A stretch of DNA of 64,000 bases. It comes from Lepidodermella squamata (lineage: Eukaryota > Animalia > Gastrotricha). Under the pieces are notes generated by a model. It saw nothing but the letters and a program-made list of their open reading frames with translations, had not been told where the DNA came from and did no database searches. The stretch's first letter is position 1. Each line of letters starts with the position of its first letter. The stretch is from contig JBLDXI010000042.1 of the NCBI GenBank assembly GCA_047495785.1, positions 620,001 through 684,000 of the forward strand, in the 5' to 3' direction. Below are positions 26,950 to 38,567 of this stretch, piece by piece. The position numbers were made by a program, and so were the translations under genes.

Positions 26950-27560
26950 TTGGATTCGAAGGAGTACATAACGCGGTTATTGTACTCCGATATTGGCCGA
27001 GAGGCGTCCGGCTCGCGAAAGCGAGCCAGCTTCGAGTCCAATATCGAGGGACACTGAATAGCCGAAAACGGATCCTCTCGGCGTTTTGATATATTGGCAT
27101 TTCGAAGAGGAAGCAGACATGGAGCAATCATCGACCCCACAATTAGATTTGAATCATCAGAAGGTCAATTCGGAGATGTCGACATTGAGAAGCGTTCGAT
27201 CTACGAGCCGTGTAGCAAGTTCATCTGCGAAGCCTTTGATTTGGACTCGATAGAAGTACACGGCCTTTATATCGGCACACGGGGCTCGCTAACCAAAGAA
27301 GCGATCCAATTACTTCAAGATTACGGAATCAGCAGCAGTACAGCTGTTGATATGGCCCATCAAATCCTTAAGGATAGCATTAGGATCCTGAATAATCATC
27401 TTTACTCAAATAGCCAACCTACTCAAAGACGCTAACTAATCAATCAATCAAGCAATTAATTCATCAATTAATCTCATCAAATTATAAACTTAATAATTTA
27501 TAATCCTGTGTCTCAAAGGCAATGTTATAGTTTGTATATAACACAGTATACCAATAAAAG
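26950..27560 (+). mobile_element. 3' fragment of an RLE-type non-LTR retrotransposon (R2/NeSL/Utopia-like endonuclease) nested in the Helitron
   Basis: HNAV..., IAENGSSRRFDILAF...IIDPTIRFE...EKRSIY...GLYIGTRG fits a PD-(D/E)xK restriction-like endonuclease. It is followed by an AT-rich 3'UTR with AATAAA at ~27553. Confidence 0.7.
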
Positions 27561-27788
27561 GTTTTCTCCTCGATACCGCGATTTAATTCACGCATCATTT
27601 TTGCGATTGCTTTCACGGAAAATTGCTTATATGGGACGCCCCGTCTCATTGGAACCCGTGGCTTCGAAGCTGAAGAAGAAGATTAAGAAGAGAACCAAGA
27701 GCGTACGCTGTTCCAGGCAGTTGATTTTGTCTTGTTGCTGGTCTTGCTGCTGGACTACAACGCTGTCCGCGCCTAACAATCGGTTTTT

Positions 27789-27989
27789 TTGGAAGAAGTT
27801 CAATTCCGAACTGCGAATAGGATCAAACGAGCGCTCTACAAGAGGGTGAAGTTGGGCGAGCATTCCATCGACGCTTTGGTGAAGAACGCAGTGTCGAAAG
27901 CCGGGATTAAGAAAATTCTCTCCGGCCACTGCGTGCGGAAATTTACCTGGTGGACTAGTCGAAGTAATACCAGAAAGGGCGGTGCGTAA
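27789..27989 (+). mobile_element. Possible degenerate tyrosine-recombinase (Crypton-like) fragment
   Basis: LYKRVKLGEHSIDALVKNAVSKAGIKKILSGHCVRK resembles the LG...AG....HxxR box of Crypton/DUF3504-type recombinases. The match is short and flanked by stops. Confidence 0.4.
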
Positions 27990-30900
27990 ATGAATGCTCT
28001 TTTCAACTACCGAATCTTGAAGCTGGAGGAGCAGCCTCGCCCATGCTCTCTTATAGTTCGGAGATGGAGCAGCCTTTTGATGATCCCAACGCGAGCAATC
28101 AACAATACAAGCTAGTAGAACGGAAATAGGGGCGACTTCATCACCCTCTTTCAGTTCCGCCCTGCCACGCCTTGCCACGATGCCATACGTTTTAAAAATT
28201 TTGAAAATTTCAATAAAGTAATGATACTGCAAAAATGATTTGCATCTATTAGAGCAAAAATGCCGGGCTTTTCCTTATTTATTGAAACAAAACTAGTTAA
28301 GAAATAAGAAAAGTATTTTGGCTAGTACAGTCAGGGGCGAGTGGTAGAGTTAAGCAATTTGACAAATAAAATTAAAAAAATCCACCTTAAACGTCTGTTA
28401 TTTGTATTTTGGCCAGTACAATAACATTGTTAATGTATCGATAATTTTTGTACCACCGGACGATAACATGGATGTGGCAAGCGACACGACCGAAGATCTG
28501 ACGCTTGACGATGTCATTGAGTATTTCTTTCAACTTTAAGCAAATCCGGTCGATCTGACGCCTTCTGTGTGGGTCGGCCACTGCTATCCTTGTGTAACTC
28601 GTCCTGAATTTCCTTCCAGTTGGGATTGCAGGTGATGGTAATAAAGAAACCTGGATTGCCGAAGTGTCTAACCAAGGCCATTGCATCCTGGTACGTCTGT
28701 TGCATGAACCTCGGTGACCCGATGTAACTGGATGGAAGAACGACACGTTGACCAATGTTACTCAGATCACGTTCGCCGGAATTAATGGCATCCATGAAAC
28801 CTGTTCCAATTTAATGATTCAGTTTGATATTAAGAAAGTCGCTTAAATAATTAGAACCGAAGAAATGAATACCTTTGTATAGATCTGCCCGAATCTTATC
28901 TTGGTTACATTTGAGGAACAACAATCTGCCGCTTTCAACCTTCAGCCATGCGTCAACAACGTACTCATGAAAGAGGCGGCCATACAGCTGTAGATGCCCG
29001 CCTCGAACCATGAGCCTGTAGCAGTAATATTCCATTGCCGTAATTTGTTTCCCTTTAAACCCAGCAGGTACTGGAATCGCGGGGCTCCATCCTAACTCTC
29101 CTCGGGTACAAATTAGAGGATATCGCAGAGGATCGTAGTTTGAATTGATTTCGCTTATCCGGAATAGGCTGCCAGCTCGTAATCTCAACATAATGTCGCG
29201 TGTCTAGTACAAAAGTTGAGAATTCTTTTCAAAATCAATTTGAGACACCTTACCTTTGAAGGATCATAGCCGTCCTCAGGTATAATTGCTGCCAGTTCGT
29301 TGGAGGTAGGCAAGTTGTAACGCCTACGATCAACCTCGCGATCTGTTTTCAGAATTAGCGTCAAATTGTCGCGGCTCTTGAGCAGTTCGTACGCGTAGGT
29401 ATGAACAAACGGAATAACACTGTGCATGATATCTTGCAGCTGCGATACAATTATCGGGTTAAGATCGGGTAAATGAGACAGTCGATTATTCAGCTCGTCA
29501 TGGGTGTCGTAGATTTACAACTGAGCGAATTTGGGAGGCTGGCCAGCAACCGGCTCAAGACCACCGTGAAAATGGCGCATTTCCCCTTGCACACGAAAGT
29601 TGAAACATCCATTGCGCCCGTTTGCTACGCTTTCGTCAAGCTTCATCCCCATCGATGTGAAAGAAAAGGCGTTGTTGTAAGCACGGATCATCTCTCGGAA
29701 TTCCTTAGCTGTAGCATCATTGCTGGTGAGTGGGTTGCGTAGTGCATCTGGCGGGTGATGAAACTCCGGAAATTTTACTTTACCACCGCCACAGCACAGC
29801 TTGAAGACGGGAAAAGCTTTCGAACCACTACTCTTCTCGTCGAGCCAAAATTTGGCGCCGCAATGATTGCATAGGTAGTTCATGCCACCGAGATTGTGAG
29901 TTTCGGTGTCATCGGAAACCAATCCTTTCCGAGCAAGTCCGTATGTTCTTTTGGATGGTCGACGAACAGCTTCTTCCGCCTCTTGACCTAAAGATCAGAA
30001 AGTAATTAGTAAAAATAATATTCATCGGGGTTGAGGCTTACCAGGGTCAAAGGTTGGATGAATTTCTTCATCATCAATTGAGCGTTGAAGCATTTCGAAA
30101 ATTTCAGGAGGAAGATGCTCATCTTCATCAACATTACTGATAATCTCTGGCGGTTGTCGGTTTTCACTGTTGGGCCGTCGAGGTACTTGTTGTACAGGTC
30201 GCGGCGAAGCCAGCGGTGACAAAACAGACACTGGGCGTATCACTTGACGCATTGTTGGTCGAATCGGAGTAGATGAGAGGCTTGCAGACCTTGCTCGGGG
30301 AGGAGGTGCAGGCGATGATGGATGGTAGATTTCAAAATATCGAGGCGGAGCCCAGATTGGTGGGCTGCATAAGTCTGGAGAACCTATTTATGCATTTTCA
30401 GATAACGAAGTTCATGGATTCTTGTGTAGAAATATTACTCGATGATCTAACAGGCGTGAAAGAAGGAGTTGATATCAAGCGGGCAACAGGTAACGGGCGG
30501 ATATGACGGACTGGTGGTGTTGCCAACACGGGTGCTTGCGGCGGAAGTCGCGAAGGGCCTAAATGTAATTAATTTGAGAAACACAGTTAGTAGGTGAATG
30601 AACTAACCGGGAACAGGTGACATAAACGCTTGCCGCACTGCAAAGAACGATTTGGGTTTTATCAATGATTACTGCTTGCAAATTCTCAAACCTGAAACAT
30701 TAGAGGTGGATGGTCGGTTTGGTGGTTCAGAAGGAGAGCGCTCATTTCTGGCTGGGGGCTTTGTCACATTGCTCTCAGAGTTAGAACGACTTGTTCGCTG
30801 TGCCTGTTGGTCTTTCCGCTTCTTAGCACGATGATAGGCATCGCCAGCTTCTGTGAGTGTCGGCTTACGTTTCCGACCCATGAACTATGGGTTAGCAGAT

Positions 30901-32393
30901 TATAACTTCACTCTAATGACTGAAATAAGACAAATTAAGGCATATAACGGAGTAAGGATTCCAATGTTTTTGACTCGATCATCAGAGAATCAAAGCTAAG
31001 ATTAAAAGTTGAAATCGGAGATACCTCTCTCCGGCTCAATAATTGCTGTAATTTTATTGTGACAGATGTTAATAAAGCAGTTTTACGGGTGAGACGATTG
31101 TTTATTCTTTTATTAAAACACATCAGAAGAACAGTTATTTCTGAATTGAGAATGCGGGAGCAGGGTTGTTCAACAGCTGCGACCGGGTTGACCGGGTTAC
31201 CGGGTTGACCGCCGGCGAGAAACTGCTTAGGAAAACACTGCGAAAAATGCTTTTCAACCGCATTAAATGCATTTAATGTTTATTAGTAATTTCATTTATT
31301 GAAAAAAATACTATTTAATATTTAATCGTTTTTATTTCATCCCTGCAAAGTTTATCCGGAGTCTTCTTACGTTTGTTATGTTGTTAATCAATATCTATTG
31401 TGTAAAGAGCGTTCACGTGATAAACTATGTCATCACATAGTAGACAAGTTCAACCACTGCAAAAAACAATGCGTGATCAATGGATGCAAATTCTTCACGC
31501 GATAAACTAATCGATATTTTTAGGATAAGCATTACTAATAATAGCTATATTACTGCTTTGTTTTTTTGCATCTAAAACTTATAAAAATTTAATTCTTAAT
31601 TATCAGTTTGATTATAAAATTGATAGATTTTCAGAATCGATAATCTATAATCGATCAGTCACTCGTCAAATCAATGTACAACGTGGAGCCGATTTGAAGA
31701 CTTGTTGCCCCGTTAAAATTGAACATAGTTATAAAATTGTTTGATAGGCTATCGATTATCGATTATCGATAATTGGAAACCAATCGATGACAGTTGTTTC
31801 CTCCTAAAACTTGAAATTTCGATGGTTTTTAAATAAGATTTTCTGAAGGCAGATATTCTAAAATCGAATACCTTTCAGTGATTTATCAAATAGTTTTATG
31901 ATCATTCATCTGCAGAATTTGCAAATAGATAATTAGACAAGTTTATCACTTTATAACTATATAGTCACGCGGATGCTTATAATAGGAAGATCCAGGGGAG
32001 AAGGAGTTCTATGGATCTCTTCCATAGAACACCTTCTTTCGTGAGTCTTCCCATTAGAGTCATATGAATAACGACAAAAACAACAAAAATCGCGTGCCGT
32101 TCGCTACTCTCCGCTGATTAAAATTCACGCGAAAAAGCATTCATCGATCAGCAACTATGTGCTTTTACTCTGAGTGACTTGAAAAATGGTTACAAAAACC
32201 TTAGACGCGTGCAAAAAGCAGCAAAGCTATTTTCAGAACAGTATTAGCACGCGAACGCCATGCCCACCTGCTTCTCATAAGCAAGCGAGCTTCTTATTAG
32301 GAGAAGCTTGATCTATTCCTGATATTCTATATCATCACAAATAGTTCATAGCTAGAGTCTCATTGCAGTCACATTTCTGCATTTTCATACATT

Positions 32394-35300
32394 TTACAAC
32401 AGCTCGGGAATCGTATACGAGGCACACCGAATTTCTGCAATTCGTTGTTGAGTAGAATAAAAGGCTGAATCGAAAACGCTGAGGCAAGTTACGCTCCCCA
32501 TCAACGGCTCAATAGGAGTAGCCCAGGATCTGTCATCGAGTATTTATATAATATTTAGCCAGAATAATTTAAAAGATACAAACCCTGCTAAGTGGAATAA
32601 TCCGGATGTGGTGAATGGCTGGATTATGGTAACTTCGGGTACTGCTTTTGAATTACATTGGAACGAAAGCTTTTCATCGCTTGTGTCGAGTCGAATCCTA
32701 AGATAATGCCACTCGATTCCACTCGATTCGGAACAGCGCAGTGATATATCTGCCGACCCATCGCCATAAGGCCTGAGAATGAAGGTTTGATTGACATCAG
32801 CCAAAAGTTTGAATCCCGTCGTCGACGCATCGGGAGCGAACTCCAGGATTGTGCCACTCTGCCGGGCCGGAGTAGCATAAAGCGTGATAGTCAAACCGGC
32901 ATTTAGTTTGATCTTTTCGACAGTCACAGCAATAGCATCGGTTGAATTGAAGTAAAAAGCTGTGTTCGGCCGGCCAAACGGTCCGGTCACCTGTTGGAGA
33001 GCGGTATTCGGGGTCGTGAAATCAGCTCTCGGCTCGCTGCGGTCATTCAGATCGGAAACCAAAGGCCAATTGCCATAGCTAGCAGACAGTAGTGAGTAGA
33101 ACACGTCCGGCGAAACAACCATCCCAGCCCGAATTTGGAGGCATTTTTTGCGAAGGATCCACAATTGGTCGAGTTTCATTGCGTGTTTGTGAAGCGAAAA
33201 GCACGAAAGCTGGCCTTGGAAGTTGGTGTATCCGCCCAAATCACCACCGAGTTTCATTTTCGAGCTAACCAGCGGCCTCGTAGTTTGAGTTACTGATTCT
33301 TCGTGGACAAAATTATCATGAACGATCAGCAGATTCTGCGTATCGTAGTTGTAAGATAAAGCGACGAAGGCAGACATCGGATCAACGCTTGGCAATGCAC
33401 CATCAAGAGGAATAGCGTAATTTTGATCTATCATAGACAAATTGATTATTCTTTTGATTCAGGACAGTAACAGAGAAAAGTGTGATCAAATGCGCAATTA
33501 AATACTTACTTATGGTTACTCGAAGAAAGTCTGTTGCTCTGTTAATATCAACGCAAGTAAGATCCGTTGTGTCGTAGAACTCGAAAATTCTTTGCAAGCC
33601 ACTGGAGCCCGATGGAAATAGAGCGTATACGGCAATCGTGAAAGATGAATTATCGACATTGAGCAAGCTGCTGTCCAAGTACACGGAGCCATTTGCTGAA
33701 TTTATAGAGAGCCCTGTGCCGCCCAACGGAGACACATCGTATGTCAAAGATGAGCCGGAGTAATTTCCGTTGATGCCATTTCCACTGATGTCACTCGTGC
33801 TGTAGGTATCGCTAAGAGGCAGGTAAACTGTTTCAAGTGGTAGCCCGAACGGAGTCTCTAAAAAAGATAATCGAGTCGATTCTTCAATTAAAAAAATAAG
33901 GCTAACTCACGCTTTTCACATATCTTAGCAGTTGGGAACGTCGATGTTGATACCTGAATTAAAATAATATCAGATATTACGGATGCCTTCTTAGATTCAG
34001 TAATTTACCCAGTTTTGAGGGCAGGAATTTGCTACTGGAACGCATTTGGCTGCCATGAGGCGGGCAAATGTGCACAGCTTGTGTTGCTGGAAAGAAAAAC
34101 CTCATGTTCCTCATCTGTTTTCAGCAGAAATCAAACGTAATACCGTATTTTCTGTGCCCTCCGTCTTGCAGGCATCATGATTTTCTTTGAATGACGTCGA
34201 GTTGCCGTAGACTTTCACCTGGAATCATGACATCGTTTCAGTTGAATTAAAGCGCAGGTCTAAATGATTTGCCAACCCGGGTTCCACTCGGAAAAATTCC
34301 ATAGCACTGCTTGCCGTTGCTCGTGACACATTGTACCGCTCTCTATTAAAATTTAATGAAATCAACTAAAGTCATCAAAAGTCGAAGATGAATACAGTTT
34401 TTTGTTAAGCCGGGAACGACTCGCGCCAGACAATTTTGTCCGGCTAAATGAAAGTCCGCCTTAATGCAACTTTTTGTACGTGAAATCCTTGGTACGCGCC
34501 AAGCAAAGTTGTCCGGCTTAACGCAATACTATTACTGTAGTTTGATGAATAACGAATTTATGAGCCTATTTTATCGCATTATTGCATTACAAATAATTAT
34601 ATGCCCCTAATGGCCATTTACAAATGGCGCTAATTTTGAAGTTTCGGAAGTTTTGGAGACTCATTCGACTATTCAAGTTGGAAATGCTAGTAGCTAAAAA
34701 ACGCGAAAACAGTTGAATGCCGAAATGTAAGCCCTTAGCCACTTCGACAAAAATGAAAAAATGGATGTAAAAAAATTATTTGGAGGGAAATTAGAGCTCT
34801 AATTCACATTCTCGCTTCAATGATAAATTCCAAGAATTCATATTACCCCATTCAAGCAGTTTGCCTTATTTGTGAACGTAGCCGATGATAATTGTCGAGT
34901 TTCAGTACCAGCCTGGCAGCCAGTTGTCTCGAGGCGGCAATCGATGAAACTTCCATTCGATGAGCTGAAGCACCTGACATGCGGTTTCTCGTTGTCTGGA
35001 ACTTGAACTATTCCCAATTATGGCATTTTGATAATGATAAATATTAAAAATACTTACGTGAAGTTCCAGCGATGCACAAGCTAAGATTCTCATAAGGAGT
35101 GCCACTTGATGCGATCTGGACATTAAAATAAATATACTTAAACTTAATCACCAAAGGTTCATTAATTTTTTATTAACCCAGTTCTCAGGACAGGCGAAGT
35201 TGGCCGGAACACATGTTTTCACTACTCCGTTGTTGATGCATCTCTTGAAGGCTTGATTCTGAAAAAACAGGAATACAGAAAATTTGGCAACAAATTTGGC

Positions 35301-35990
35301 AATAATAAAAATTACCGCGAATTTTGATCTCGCGCTATTGCAAGCCGTCAAGCTGTCTTTCAAAGTGTTCTTCCTGTACCAATTAAGCTTAAATACAGAA
35401 AAATAAAATAAAAATAAAAATAAAACGGAACAAAGGCGAAAGCTGAACATTTACTTCTATTTCTCTGTCAGCAGCCGGTTCGCCACTCAATTTACAGTTA
35501 CCAAGTCCAGGATTACACCTTGTTGTTAGTGCGCCGTATTTGTAGCACATTTTAGCATTCTATTTAAGATTCGAATAAAATCAACAGGAGCGGCAGTTCG
35601 GAATTTTACGTATCTTACCCCTGATCGGCACGATGCCAAATCTGCGAACAAGGGACCCCACTACATAGAAAAATTAGAAGAAATTATAATAAATAATATA
35701 AATGATATTTCTTCAACCAGGAAATCTATTGATAGCGAATGACTGACTATTGAGACTATATTCACCAAGTTCGAATAACTTTAATTTCTGGAATAATTTT
35801 GGGATAATTTTTATGAGAAAATGATTAAAAATACCTGGTACTCGGTAACTGGATCACAGGTAGGGTTGTTATCACGGCACGCAGTAAAGGCGTCGTTGGT
35901 CACCTGAAAGCATCGCTTGAAGACTTGACCTGACGCCCGGCCGATAAACGCGGACGAAATGCATGAAAATATTAAAATAGAGCTTATCAT
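32394..35990 (-). CDS. Family copy 4: 14-exon secreted Cys-rich + tandem LamG/ConA-like protein, ~750 aa, apparently intact
   Basis: Signal peptide MISSILIFSCISSAFIGRASG. All exons were traced with matching phases (e.g. WGPLFADLASCRSG, IASSGTPYENLSLCIAGTS, QHKLCTFARLMAAKCVPVANSCPQNW). The protein ends CASYTIPELL, with TAA at 32394-32396. Confidence 0.88.
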
Positions 35991-36074
35991 TGCTGTTTCA
36001 TTCACAAAAAAATACACGTTATTGGTTGGAAAAGGTTGAATATTTGCTGAAGGCACACGTTTCAACTCTGCCTT

Positions 36075-36085
36075 GTGGCTCGTGC
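36075..36085 (-). promoter_or_regulatory. Conserved upstream motif GCACGAGCCAC, copy 4
   Basis: Identical 11-mer 85 nt upstream of the ATG. Confidence 0.65.
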
Positions 36086-37010
36086 CAAATTTGTATTTCA
36101 AAACAGCGTCACATTGCTTGAAAAATTCAACCTGACTAATCCAGGCGATATCACGAAAGGTGGCGACGCTCTGATTTATTGTGATTGATGACTAACGTTT
36201 CGGCTCCTGGCAAATAAGGCGTGATATAATTTGAGCTCGTAATTCGAAGCCAAACGCATTTCAAGAAAGGCACAGTTGCCACGAAGAATAATTGATTGAA
36301 TCAAGCACCGCGAATTGTGTTTTTATTTGGTTCTAATTCAGTATTCAAAGCGTTTCAGCATTAGAAACCGCATCACATTTCGGAACAGAGCAAAAATGTC
36401 ATCATGATCAACGTAATCGAATCTAAATCAATTACAGTATGGTCAACATAACAAAATGACGCAGTCCAAAGCCGGAGGTTCAAATTCCGGCAATAGTTAT
36501 CAGAGGCAAAATGATTGCGCGGTCGCACCATCAAAATGCTATAAATTGTTCGAAGGCTCGCCCAATACATGCAGTCTTTCCCATCAATTGCAACAGATTT
36601 CCTTCCTTCGTAGTAAAACCCGGAATTTCGTATCCGAGCTTTCCGGATCGCTTTTTAGTTGAAATCATGAGACGTAGCTAGGACGCCGCAGCTGGGTTGT
36701 TTACGAGCAAAATTAGGGTCAAAGGTTACTTTTTGAAAATAATGAGATGAATCACGTCATTAAATTTTCGCGCTCTTTTTATCCTTATTTTATGTTGTCT
36801 AAAATAAAGTTAAAAGCTGCCTTGATACGGGCGCGATAAATCGATAATTAAATGATATGTGTTGAATTATCGGAACATGCGCAAAGTAACTTGCTCATTT
36901 GCCTTTTGCGCACTTAGTAACTTGCGCACATGAGTAATTTAGGTAACTTGCGCATGCTGCATGAAAAATATTCGAAAAAATTATTTAACAACAAATTTTG
37001 GCCTTCAATT

Positions 37011-37379
37011 AGGACGATAAAATTTTTCATTTTAAGCCGAAAAATTCCGAGAAAAATACTATGATCTTATTCGATTTTTGCTCTATCCGAGGATATAAAA
37101 CTTCTCTATCCAAGAGCTACTCAGAATTTCTTTGAATTTCGCGAAATTTGCATTCGCTTGATAATACTTTGAGCGAGCTAAAAATAGCTATAAAAAACCT
37201 AATAGCTATTTTTAGATTTAGCAGTATCACGCAAGGATTTCAAGTCAGAAAATTTCGCGAAATTCGGAAAAAATTCTGATTCGCTCAAGTTTTATATCCT
37301 CGGATAGAGCAAAAATCGAATAAGATCATAGTATTTTTCTCGGAATTTTTCGGCTTAAAATGAAAAATTTTACCGTCCT
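37011..37379. repeat. Fold-back element/MITE with ~93-bp near-perfect arms inside the MULE
   Basis: 37011-37103 is the reverse complement of ~37287-37379. Confidence 0.85.
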
Positions 37380-37858
37380 GAAAGACTCTTGAAATGGCGA
37401 TTTTTCGTAAAAGTGACCAACTTTGAGGTAATTTTAAAAAAGTTAGAAAAAAAACCGTCTCATGCGACGGGACTCTTTCGATAGAGGAGCGCCTCTAGTA
37501 TTCCGGAAAATTTGTTTGAAATTTTTGAGAAATGAAACATTTTCTCAGGGAATTTTAGAAAATAATTAAAAATCGGAAAAATTACTATGGGCGGATAGGG
37601 CCATGAGTGAATAAAATTGAAGGTCGCATGCCCACTTTTTCACGTTTTGGTGTGAATTTATTTACTATAGGAAGATCGCTAGTTTCCGATCTGTATAGAG
37701 TTGTCTATGTCATGTAGGCTTCTTCGGCTTGTAACATGGCTACAAATCGCCAGAAGTCGAGGTGAATAGAACGAGGTAGACGACATCTAGGACATCTTGT
37801 GGTTCCATCCTTCCACGAAATTGTTAGTCCGAATCGACTCAGTTGAGACGTTCCAATC

Positions 37859-38567
37859 CAGCGAGGAAAGTAGGCCGGCCAACCTGCCAGGGACGCAGTT
37901 TATCTGTAAAAAAATTTGCCGCTCGCTCGCTGTGCTCGCTCGCGAACACCTATCATATTTCATGTACTTGAGTATCTCAAACGCCAGTTTGTGAATTCCG
38001 CTTTTCTTTACCCACAGTTTCCGCCCCTGGTTATAGCCTGAAATTTTCATGTGAGTGCGAACTTCAAATAATGTTACTGTGAAACTGTGTTATGCGAGTG
38101 AAGCGAGCAATTTTTTGAGATTTTGCAGCAAGAATGGCCTGCAAATTCTCAAAACTTCGTACAATTTCAAAAGTAAAAAACAAAATCGACCTTAATTCAC
38201 CTATAAATGACTTGAAACTTATCACCTTGTGATGAATACAATTTATGTTTCCAAGTTGGTTGCCAATGAAGTTTTCAACTTAAATTAATACTTCTGTTCT
38301 ACTCTGAAATTCGAGCACAAATTTTAAATGAGCACGCGCTATGATTATTGCGAGCGAAGCGAGCAAAGCTAAAGATAATTTGCCGTAATGAAGGCTGAAA
38401 ATAGCCTTGGCTACACTCGTTTTTCGACAGAAATACGCTCTACCAGCCAACCTACCGGGGATTTCAGCGTCCCTGGCGAGGACGCCTCGACCCTCAAACC
38501 TACCAGGTACGCGTCCCTGGTACTACCCTCGTCGTCCCTGGCGTCCCTGGTGCTACTTTCCTCGCTG
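37859..38567. mobile_element. hAT-type non-autonomous element inserted in the MULE transposase
   Basis: TIR CAGCGAGGAAAGTAG / CTACTTTCCTCGCTG with an 8-bp TSD, TTCCAATC, which duplicates the DWN codons. Confidence 0.9.

Larger units (their letters stand above)
25318..30881 (-). pseudogene. Helitron Rep/helicase gene with introns, interrupted and internally deleted
   Basis: Motifs: zinc finger CNHCGAKFW..CCGGGKV, LPSSYIGSPRFM, FFITITCNPNW, EFQ|KRGLPHCH (HUH), LYKYVYKG, and helicase C-terminus GLCNGTRL..RRQFPVRLAF..INKSQGQT..FSHGQLY. The helicase N-terminal motifs are missing at ~26300. A ~1.5-kb insertion occupies ~26941-28460. Confidence 0.9.
25206..31990 (-). mobile_element. Helitron (defective RepHel)
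   Basis: The 3' end is a GGCGCGCG-TTA-CGCGCGCC hairpin followed by CTAG|T. The probable 5' end is A|TCTTCCTATTATAAG at 31990 (less certain). Rep and PIF1-helicase coding fragments lie inside. Confidence 0.88.

Noticed and set aside
33700-33850. Horizontal transfer from bacteria, suggested by the DISGNGING LamG motif
   Set aside because: Similar domains occur in invertebrates and the genes are intron-rich. The claim cannot be supported without a phylogeny.
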